The notes under the pieces: model-generated | Seen by the model: only the letters and a program-made list of their open reading frames with translations | What the model was told of the DNA's origin: nothing | Database searches by the model: none | Translations under genes and position numbers: made by a program | Shown here: positions 9,469 to 17,720 of the stretch, piece by piece | How the letters are laid out: the number at the start of each line of letters is the position of its first letter | Position numbering within the stretch: the stretch's first letter is position 1 | Source: Candidatus Methanomethylicia archaeon | Lineage (GTDB): Archaea; Thermoproteota; Methanomethylicia; CALHIW01 | Length of the DNA stretch: 24,537 nt | Reading direction: 5' to 3' | Assembly: GCA_038845975.1 (NCBI GenBank) | Contig: JAWBQF010000035.1 | Location: 1-24,537, forward strand

Positions 9469-10585
9469 GTGACACCTATACTCTTTGATTTAGCACCGAA
9501 ATCCATAATTACTGAGCTTTATGATTTCGAAGATGAATTGAGGAAATTAAGAAGAGGATTTGAATCTGGCCGTATTATCCTAATACTTGGAATGAGACGT
9601 ACAGGTAAATCTAGCCTACTTAGATGTTTCCTTAATGAATCTAATACTCCACATATAATGATTGATACTAGAAGAATCATCACATCTGAGGGAAGAATTA
9701 ACTTAAGGGATTTCATGATGGAGCTTGGAAGATCTTTAAGTCTACTCCTTAATAGGGAGGCTGGAATTAGAAGTAGAACTTTAGAGCTTTTCCGTAACAT
9801 GTCAGGTATTGAAGTTAATATGGATAGATTATCGATTAACTTATCATGGAGGAGAGGAAGTAGAGTTGATATCGCCTTGATTCTCGATAAAATTAATCAA
9901 GTTGCTGAGGAAAATGGGTTAAGAACAGCATTAGCAATAGATAAGGCTCAAGAGCTTAGAGATCTTCCACTAAACTTTCCAGCAATACTAGCATACGTAT
10001 ATAATAATCTTAAAAACATAGTTACAATATTAACAGGATCACAGATTGAATTGCTTTACGACCTGCTTAAAATTGAGGATCCTAACTCCCCACTTTACGG
10101 TAGGCTTCTATATGAAATTAAACTTAGAAGACTTAGCTTAGAGGAGGCAATAGGCTTTCTTAATAGGGGTTTTAGAGAGGTTAGAATGAACGTTGATGAA
10201 AGCCTTATTAGAAAAGCTGTAGAAACACTTAACGGTATTATTGGCTGGCTTACATATTTTGGATGGAGTCTTTATCAAGGTGAAAACTCAATAGAAAAAT
10301 TCTTGATAAGGCTGCACTACAGGAAATAAGCGAGTTAAATAGATTTTTAAGGAAGTCACGAGCTGAGAAAAGATATAAAGTAATTTTGAAGGTAGTGGCT
10401 GAGAAGCCATCAACATGGAGTACATAAAGAGAATGCTGGAAGCTGAAGAAGGTATGGAGATCGATAGCTCAAACTTTACAGACCTCCTTGAGAGACTAGT
10501 TAAGATGGGAATTCTTGAGAAAAAAGACTCAACCTACAAGATAGCCGATCCAATAACTCAGTATGGTATAATAAGGTTTCTATAA
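9469..10585 (+). pseudogene. Archaeal AAA+/P-loop ATPase with C-terminal winged helix, doubly frameshifted
   Basis: LFDLAPK start, Walker A GMRRTGKSS, degenerate Walker B AIDKAQ, SPLYGR, GIIGWL. The frame continues as ILDKAALQEI...RYKVILK...TWS and YIKRMLE...LVKMGILEK...YKIADP...FL* (stop 10583-10585) if one base is restored at about 10295-10299 and one at about 10421. Confidence 0.85.
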
Positions 10586-10768
10586 ATATAGTCATAACTA
10601 ATCCCTCAGTAATCCATCTATAAGCCTACTACTACCCCATTTAAACATAATCATAAATTTATGAATGTGAATAAAATCACATAAAGCAAAGTAGAATATT
10701 AAAACTGAAACCACATAAATTGAGGAAGTACATAGTATGGGTTGAAACAGCTCATAGCCTAACCTGAC

Positions 10769-11399
10769 AGGCCAGTTCTAGCAGACTGTGGTACTGGACA
10801 AAGCGTGTAGCAAGAGAACAGAGCAAGCGGTGAATAGGGCTAGAACGTCTAGAATCTTAGAAAGCTGTATAGGCTTAAACAGCGGAGGCTCAGGCACACT
10901 GTAAACACCATGGTTAAGACAATAGTTAAAGACGCATACATGCTGAGCATATCAGAGATGGTGATTAGAAAGCTTAAAGGCATAAGGGAAACAACCACAA
11001 CGGCAAGGCAAACTCCACAATTCATAACTTCTGGAGCTTCAACTACATAATCAGAAGGTTTAGGGGAAGGTAGAGAAACATGGAATGAAGGTTGTCGAGG
11101 TAAGCGAATATAAAACATCAAGCACCCGCCTAAGACGTCGCTCAAAAACGTAGCCCCCAAGAGAATGCTTTTCAAATGCCTAAACTATAGCTTAAACTCA
11201 CAGGGATGCTATCGGAACAATAAATATAGAGCTTGCTCGGGAAGTTGACCTCACCGTGGAAGCCGTTAACAAGCTGGTAGCACAGCCCTTGCTTCTAAGA
11301 TGGAATGGGATATGATGGGAGTCTAAAAGGGCGATGAATAACCAACCAATGAGCATCTTAGAAGCAAGAATCTCCTGACCTCAGTCGTGGGAGTGTTAA
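10769..11399 (+). mobile_element. tnpB: IS200/IS605-family remnant: decayed 3' half of tnpB plus right end
   Basis: Across frameshifts it reads YWTKRVAREQSK, RKLYRLKQRRLRHTVNTMVKTIV, HNFWSFNYIIRRF, GMKVVEVSEYKTSS, LFKC, HRDAIG (RuvC-III). Ends in GAATCTCCTGACCTCAGTCGTGGGAGTGTTAA, a right-end hairpin with a TCAA-like tetranucleotide. Confidence 0.85.
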
Positions 11400-11413
11400 T
11401 GTTCTTCAAAGTC

Positions 11414-11797
11414 TTAGGATTTACTAACTATAAGTTTTCTTATTGTGTTTATGTATTCTTCTGCCTTATCCATTAATGGTTTATGCTCCTTCTCCTCATA
11501 ATTCCTTCCATAGAAGCAATCTCCATGAAGGGTTTTTCTAACCTCTATGTAGTATGAAGCTAATCTATATGCTTCCTCCCCAGATAATCCTGCCTTAATA
11601 AATGCTTCCGTTAAGAACTCTCTCCAAGTAATACCTTTAGGCGGCTCAGAAAGACCTAAATATCTAGATGTAAGAATTATTGTTGAATGCCATATTGAAG
11701 CCCATATTTTTTCAGCAGCATCATAGAGATCACCAATACTTAATAGCCTGAATGCTTCCTCCAAATATTTCTCAGCTATTTTAAGATGTTCATCCAC
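11414..11797 (-). CDS. PaREP1-family (HEPN superfamily) protein
   Basis: AEKYLEEAFRLLSIGDLYDAAEKIW and C-terminal LHGDCFY motifs; 127 aa, all-helical. Confidence 0.8.
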   Translation of the reverse strand: MDEHLKIAEKYLEEAFRLLSIGDLYDAAEKIWASIWHSTIILTSRYLGLSEPPKGITWREFLTEAFIKAGLSGEEAYRLASYYIEVRKTLHGDCFYGRNYEEKEHKPLMDKAEEYINTIRKLIVSKS

Positions 11798-12223
11798 AAC
11801 TATAATTCATTAAATATTATTTAAGCTTTCCTAAAGAATGTTAAACATCCTTCTGTAAGACTTAGCTCTATAACATAGAAATTTTAAGGAGATCTAAATA
11901 TAGTATCTGAGGGCTTAAATATGCCTATTACTAGGAAGCTTAAATAACCTATATCAATCTTATATAATCATCAACATAAACCATCATAACATAACCAATA
12001 CAAATAATCATATTGAATTACTGAATTTATGAATCACCTACATATTCATAGCTACACCTAATAGCCTACTCGTCCCTCTTAAACTGCGTTTGAGAGATAA
12101 TTTAATAAAGCCTACAATAAATAATTTTTCCCATAGAGAATTCATAATAACTAATCATATCAAAGATTCCTATTGGAATTTTTTTCAAGAAAATTTATAT
12201 TTCAGAATTAATATTAACTCTGT

Positions 12224-12991
12224 ATGAGATATAAGTTGCTCGGTATTATGTTTTCAATTATGCTTCTTAGTCTTATCCCAATATTATCCGCTCAAAGCTG
12301 GCAGGATAGGGTTAGACCATTAATAGGTGGAATACAAATCCAGAATGGAAATACTGGTGGAATTTTCTCTCTTGGTTTTATAGTGTATTATGAGTATGTT
12401 GAGATGGGTATTACATGGCGTTGCTATGGCTTCGTTACAGTAAGTCATGCAGTTGATTTGGGAGATAATATATATCAAAATGTTGTTGGTAGTAATAATT
12501 ATGTTGGATATGTGGAGCGTGACCTACCATTCCCAAGAGAAAACTCGGACTCAGCATTCATACATACAGAAACAGTACAAAAAGGAACAGCTCCAAGCAA
12601 AGTAGCACCACAAGTACTAATAGATCCAAACTGTAAACATAACGTTCACGGATATAAAAGCATGTCACAAATGCAAAGAGGTGAATATATATGTAAGGTA
12701 GGTAGAACAACAGGCCGTACAGACGGCTACATAAAAGAGTTTTTACATAATAGCTATTATGGATGGCAAGTTCTTACTACTTGTTCTGTGGAGACTGGAG
12801 ATAGTGGTGGTACTTTCTACCGGATATTCATCACATCACCAGATAGACCAACCTACCTATACATATACAGTATTGTACAGGGAAAAGTTTCTGCTTCTCA
12901 TGATCCAGATATAAAATCCGCATTCTCTCCTACAGATAAAATAATAGCTGATCTTAATGTTGCAGTATATACCATATATTCAGGATATTAG
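12224..12991 (+). CDS. Secreted chymotrypsin-fold (S1, alpha-lytic/streptogrisin-like) serine protease
   Basis: Signal peptide, RVRPLIGG, catalytic His (VTVSH), Asp (DSAFI), CKVGRTTG, and Ser (GDSGG). TTTATA box at about 12194-12199. Confidence 0.88.
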   Translation: MRYKLLGIMFSIMLLSLIPILSAQSWQDRVRPLIGGIQIQNGNTGGIFSLGFIVYYEYVEMGITWRCYGFVTVSHAVDLGDNIYQNVVGSNNYVGYVERDLPFPRENSDSAFIHTETVQKGTAPSKVAPQVLIDPNCKHNVHGYKSMSQMQRGEYICKVGRTTGRTDGYIKEFLHNSYYGWQVLTTCSVETGDSGGTFYRIFITSPDRPTYLYIYSIVQGKVSASHDPDIKSAFSPTDKIIADLNVAVYTIYSGY

Positions 12992-12999
12992 GTGATCAT

Positions 13000-13980
13000 A
13001 TGAAGTTGACTTTAACTTCACTAATCCTCATGATTTTACTATCAGCTAATACTATATGTAGCCTTGTCTCCGCCAATGAAGATTTCACTATTCTAAGATG
13101 TAGCTTCGATATGGTGATTGAGGAGGTTCCTGGGGAGAACTATGTAGTTATTGATAGAAGTCCTGAGAGCTACTGGAATAGACCTATAAATCAAACTTAT
13201 AAGAGAAGTATAACACCTGAAATTGATAAAATAATTATTTCAAGAGTTCTTGCTATGGAGGAGCTTAAAAAGATGCTTTTAAGTCATTTACCTGAGCTTG
13301 AGGAGGCTGTAGGGCTCAAGTATTGGTGTACTCTTCCTGGCTTTGATGAGGATCCTCCAGCTCTCTATATTGGTTTATATAAGCCAACAGTAGAGCAAAT
13401 GAAGGCTGTAGTAAAGCTAATAGGCAATACAGCTAAATCTAAAGGTATCCTCATAAAGTTCTATGAAGCTTATGCTCATATAGGAATAGAGAGTAAGCTT
13501 AATGAATCCTGGTATAAGCTTATAGGAAAATACAACATTACAAACCCACCAATAACCGCTACAAGTGGTAATAATGATCTTGGATTACTTAAAGTATATA
13601 TTGAATATAATGGGGTGAAACTAAGTAGGGAGCTAATTATAGAAATGACTAAATCTATAAGGGAGATTATAGGATATGATGTACCCCTCCTTCTCTACCT
13701 AATAAGGGAGCCCTTAATCGCTCCAGTTTCACTCATGAATTCAATAAATATGTCAATTATGGATAATGCAAATACAACTAATAAATCAAGCATCCTCAAT
13801 ATGCATACAGTAACATCCATGGAGTTGACAAACACGTTAAATATAGCTGAAACAAATGCATTTAATGAGCTTAATACAATAATAGCAACAATAATAATAG
13901 TAATATTAATATTAATGGTAAGCTATTTAGCCTTAAGAATTATGAAAAATCATCTATTAAGGAGGAAAAGTGGAGAGTAA
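13000..13980 (+). CDS. Exported membrane-anchored protein co-transcribed with the protease
   Basis: Signal peptide, alpha/beta region, Asn/Thr/Ser-rich linker, C-terminal TM helix and basic tail. Its GGTGA SD overlaps the protease stop codon (8-bp gap). Confidence 0.8.
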   Translation: MKLTLTSLILMILLSANTICSLVSANEDFTILRCSFDMVIEEVPGENYVVIDRSPESYWNRPINQTYKRSITPEIDKIIISRVLAMEELKKMLLSHLPELEEAVGLKYWCTLPGFDEDPPALYIGLYKPTVEQMKAVVKLIGNTAKSKGILIKFYEAYAHIGIESKLNESWYKLIGKYNITNPPITATSGNNDLGLLKVYIEYNGVKLSRELIIEMTKSIREIIGYDVPLLLYLIREPLIAPVSLMNSINMSIMDNANTTNKSSILNMHTVTSMELTNTLNIAETNAFNELNTIIATIIIVILILMVSYLALRIMKNHLLRRKSGE

Positions 13981-14071
13981 ATTTTATTACTTCTAATAGT
14001 TTTTCATTGTCTTCCTCTAAATAGATTAGGGAATCATTGGTTGACGACAAATACAATCCATCTTATTACCT

Positions 14072-14356
14072 TCAAGTAATTATCCATATTACTCCACATG
14101 TTATTGTCCACCATATCATCATGAAGAGAATTCCAGGAAGACAATCTGGAAATGGACGTACACTTGTACCCAATATTCCCACTATAGGAATGTAAACGTA
14201 TCCGTAAATTAGAAAGAGTAATATCTGCTTATTTTTAGAGGGTTTCGTAAGGTATATTATAATAATGAAAAGGAAAGCAAGAAGAATAGATATCCCTATT
14301 AAAACATCATGCCATATAATGCCTAGAAGAATGAATAGTACTAAAAATATAATAGC
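14072..14356 (-). pseudogene. Start-less 94-codon frame for a small multi-pass membrane protein
   Basis: AIIFLVLFILLGIIWHDVLIGISILLAFLFIIIIYLTKPSKNKQILLFLIYGYVYIPIVGILG...GILFMMIWWTITCGVIWIIT*; an in-frame TAA lies directly upstream. Not in the ORF track. Confidence 0.5.
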
Positions 14357-14967
14357 TTAAAGTTTTGTAATTAACTACATTATGATACAGTTAGTCTTTA
14401 AGTGTTTGATGACGCTGATTGTTTACGATAATTTCCTATAGTTTACATGATTCTCTAAGAGGCTTTACTAATTTACTATCGGACTTAACTTCAGCTTAAT
14501 TAAGGTTTCATCAAGAATTCGTTGCAAACTGATTAGTTAAGGTTAAACTCTTAAATATGGAGTTTGCCTAAATTCCTTCGGCTTAATTACTGTTATGGTG
14601 TTTTCCTTGACTTTAATGTTTTTGCTAGCTTCTTTATTTATATCATGGGTCATTATCGTATTGTACACGTCTTTATTATTAGCTCTTAATGCTGGCTTTT
14701 AGGCATAAAGGTTCTCTGAATGCTTGTTTAAATGTTAAGAGTATTCAAAACTCTCACGTCTACCGTAACATGTAGGCTTAGATTAGCTCTACTTCCAACT
14801 CCTATATCTTCCCAACTCTATATCTATTTGGATGGCTTCTATCAAGTCTAGTATTTAGACTTAATCACCTTACTCTACACTGTAAACTTTCATGAATAGA
14901 AATGTTCCTATGTTTAAAATCCTCCTTAATAGGTATGAGGTAGAACGTCTTCCTAGCTATTATTAAG

Positions 14968-15528
14968 CTACTGTATCTTTCTTATAAGTATTTGTTTAAC
15001 GAGTTCTTTAAGATCTACCTCTGCTCTTGATCTCCAGCCTATAAATAGGGTTTCATCATCCTCTCCTAGATAGCCCCTCCATACTAGTTTGTCAAGTGTT
15101 ACCTTTATTATTCTCTGAGGAAATTTTTCGCTTAATACCTCCTCAATTTCCTTTCTATTAGCTCTACCATGTTTCGATACTATGTAGGCTAGAGCTACGG
15201 ATAGTATTGCTAGTTCATCAATTCTCCATCCGCTTAGCCGGGCTTCTGCTGGTGATGGAGGCTGTCTTGTAGTAACGTAGTAGTATGCCTTCTCCAGCTG
15301 CTCCTCTGTTGGTTTCTGGGGTTCTTCAGGCTGGTCATAAACTATCTTTATATCCAGCCCGAGATCGTTAAGGTTTCTTCTTAGGAGATCTAGAATTTTA
15401 ATATAGTTTTTTCCAAGAATTCTTTTAAGCTCATATCCTCTTACTCCTGGTCTACGATGCTTCTGGAATAATAGGATACGGGCTGCTCGCTTAATCTTTT
15501 GTGCAATTAATGCTTCCTCACTACTCAT
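14968..15528 (-). CDS. KITE-family SMC accessory subunit (tandem winged helix; ScpB/Nse3-MAGE-like)
   Basis: 186 aa with two wHTH-like halves (ELKRILG...LRRNLNDLGLDIKIV; ILSVALAYI...LDKLVWRGYL). FIGWRSRAEV resembles the MAGE/Nse3 WGPRA..E motif. Overlaps the kleisin gene by 8 nt. Confidence 0.7.
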   Translation of the reverse strand: MSSEEALIAQKIKRAARILLFQKHRRPGVRGYELKRILGKNYIKILDLLRRNLNDLGLDIKIVYDQPEEPQKPTEEQLEKAYYYVTTRQPPSPAEARLSGWRIDELAILSVALAYIVSKHGRANRKEIEEVLSEKFPQRIIKVTLDKLVWRGYLGEDDETLFIGWRSRAEVDLKELVKQILIRKIQ

Positions 15529-16306
15529 GTTTCCTCACTTTAAGCCATCCATCATAGCTTAAGAGTATAGGAATAGAGCTGTCTCCCTTAGACTTCTCAA
15601 ATTCTAGCTTTAATGTATATCTTCCTTCTACTGGATCATATTCTAGCTGTACATAACCTTGCGAGATGAGAAAACTTACATAGTAGGCTTTTTCAATGGT
15701 TTCCTCATATGTTTCCTCCGTAATGAAACTCCAATAATCCACTTCACCTTTCCCGTCAGCTTTTTCTTTAAGTTCTTTAAGTAGCTTCTCAATTCTTTCT
15801 TTTATTTCTGCTTGAGTAAGTACTTTAAGCTTATAAGTATCTTCAAGAGTTAATGTTTTAAGTGGGGTTAATGATATTTCCTCCCTCTTCATTCTCTCAC
15901 TTAATGGAGGTAGAGTATTCCAGTAGTCGATAGCTTCCTGGATACGCTGTATTGTTAGCTGGTCTAGGGCAACTATTGGTCTCCATGATTCAAGAAGGCT
16001 TCTAGCAAGACTCTCTCTGCTAAGAGTTTTTATCTTCATTGCTAACAGCTCGGAATCCATGTAGAGCATTGAGGCCTGCATCTTTAAGCTATCTCCTTGA
16101 AGCTTTATAACTGTTACAAGCTCATTAAATGCTTCAGCATCATTAATAATTTCGTCAAGTGTTTTCCAGTATGGTAAATACTTTCTTAAAATCTTCAATT
16201 TCTCCCTTACATCAACTTCAAATGGGCTTAATCCACCCGTCTTAACAGCTTCGCATAAACTTATAATTTTCAGAATTTCCTCGTAGGCTATTCGTCTAGT
16301 CTTCAC
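15521..16306 (-). CDS. Kleisin (ScpA-like) SMC complex subunit
   Basis: N-terminal LSPFEVDV...L.KYL resembles ScpA LDPWDIDI...KYL; C-terminal YWSFI...TIEKAYYVSFLISQGYVQLE resembles the kleisin C-terminal winged helix; 261 aa. Confidence 0.72.
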   Translation of the reverse strand: MKTRRIAYEEILKIISLCEAVKTGGLSPFEVDVREKLKILRKYLPYWKTLDEIINDAEAFNELVTVIKLQGDSLKMQASMLYMDSELLAMKIKTLSRESLARSLLESWRPIVALDQLTIQRIQEAIDYWNTLPPLSERMKREEISLTPLKTLTLEDTYKLKVLTQAEIKERIEKLLKELKEKADGKGEVDYWSFITEETYEETIEKAYYVSFLISQGYVQLEYDPVEGRYTLKLEFEKSKGDSSIPILLSYDGWLKVRKHE

Positions 16307-16335
16307 TATTCCCCCATCAATAATACTGTACTGAA

Positions 16336-16343
16336 TTTATAAA
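16336..16343 (-). promoter_or_regulatory. TATA box for the kleisin-KITE operon
   Basis: TTTATAAA 30 bp upstream of the GTG at 16306, with a GGGGGA SD-like run in between. Confidence 0.55.
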
Positions 16344-16353
16344 GGCTTCTAAG

Positions 16354-17532
16354 CTATATTGTTGGGGGCATGTTGCTTTCACTGTGAGGCTTTACGAGTT
16401 TAATAACTGTTTCAGCTAGTTTATTAATTCCTATTTTAGTATGTGCTGAGCAAGGTATTATTACTGGAGTATCTATGAGGCTTTCCAGGTATTTAATCTT
16501 TAAATTTAAATCCGGAGTATTCTTATCTATTTTATTTGCTGCTATAATGATTTTGTCTTCACTAATTCCTAGATCTTTAAGTATTGATAGGCATGTCTTA
16601 GCTCTAAACTCCATTATCTGTAGGCTATCTGAAACATCAATAACAAGTATTAAACCATCAGAAAACCTTATATCGTCAAGTGTTAGCTTAAAGGCATCTA
16701 TAACTCTGGGATCAAGTCCAGCTACGAATCCTATAGTATCAACAATTAGACATTTATTCCTACCAAGCTTAATGGATGAATACTTACTTGAAAGTGTTGT
16801 GAAGGGGATTCCTAAAACAGGTCTATTAAGCCTTGTTAAAATGTTAAATATACTTGTTTTACCTGCTCCATAATATCCGGCTAGAGATATTATTGGTATG
16901 CCGAGCTTCCTCCTCTCTTCAAGCTGTTTAAGCCTAATTAATCTTCTCCATTCAAGTTCTCTTTGAAGCTTTTTAATTCTTCTCTTAATTGATCCAACAA
17001 CACTATGATATGCATACTCACCGGATGCACTGTATCCAGGCCTATTACCTAGATACCTTATTGATGCTTTAAGCTTCTCGTAAGGGAATACTTTAACAAG
17101 TCTTGCAAGCTCAATCTGCATTTTAGATAATACATCATTAGCATTCCTCTCAAAAACTTCAAGTGTAAGATCATACCTATCAATTACACGTATACTAAGC
17201 CTACGTTCAAGATTAAGCTGCTGAGTACTTGAGAGAACATTATAAACTATAAAGACATTTATTCTCTTCTCCCTAATGATGTTTGCGATTTCATCGATTT
17301 TCCCATAGCCGAAAGCATAGTTAACAGTCTCTTTAGGTAGTACCTGAATAACAGTATCTACAGGATTATAGCCTGCAGCTCTAGCAATACCTATAAGATC
17401 ATCTAGATGGATTAAATACTTGAAGTGGTCATGAGGATTGGTCTTCACATAACCTATTAAAGCGTTAACCCTCCCAATCACCAAGCTAAATTCTGAAAAC
17501 ATACTAATAAATCTAGCTTTTCTACGTCTCAT
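16354..17532 (-). CDS. hflX: Ribosome-associated GTPase HflX (true start probably about 17484/17481)
   Basis: GYGKIDEI, QQLNLE, VIDRYDLTLEVFERNA, QIELARL, G1 GYYGAGKT, G2 FTTL, G3 DTIGF, G4 NKID, G5 SA. A TTTATTA box at 17505-17511 suggests the later start. Confidence 0.93.
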   Translation of the reverse strand: MRRRKARFISMFSEFSLVIGRVNALIGYVKTNPHDHFKYLIHLDDLIGIARAAGYNPVDTVIQVLPKETVNYAFGYGKIDEIANIIREKRINVFIVYNVLSSTQQLNLERRLSIRVIDRYDLTLEVFERNANDVLSKMQIELARLVKVFPYEKLKASIRYLGNRPGYSASGEYAYHSVVGSIKRRIKKLQRELEWRRLIRLKQLEERRKLGIPIISLAGYYGAGKTSIFNILTRLNRPVLGIPFTTLSSKYSSIKLGRNKCLIVDTIGFVAGLDPRVIDAFKLTLDDIRFSDGLILVIDVSDSLQIMEFRAKTCLSILKDLGISEDKIIIAANKIDKNTPDLNLKIKYLESLIDTPVIIPCSAHTKIGINKLAETVIKLVKPHSESNMPPTI

Positions 17533-17720
17533 AACTCCTCATTTAGAGCTTACATTACTCCATCAAGGTATTACTTCCCTAACTCATAGTGGTAAATAAA
17601 GAGTAAACATAGCAAGGTAGTAGTATTGTTTACATGGTTTAAACAATAGTCTTTAATGTAAGTAATATAAGATATTAAGGTAAAATAATATACTTTATTA
17701 TTTTTTATTTATATTATATC

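Noticed and set aside
5384-9800. ORFs 5384-5680 +, 6152-6337 -, 7292-7597 -, 7886-8437 + and 9519-9800 -
   Set aside because: Antisense shadows of well-supported genes, with no motifs.
10849-11175. 108-aa minus-strand ORF
   Set aside because: Antisense to the tnpB relic.
14360-14960. Possible decayed gene or IS downstream of the KITE gene
   Set aside because: Only short broken frames with no recognisable motif or terminal repeat.
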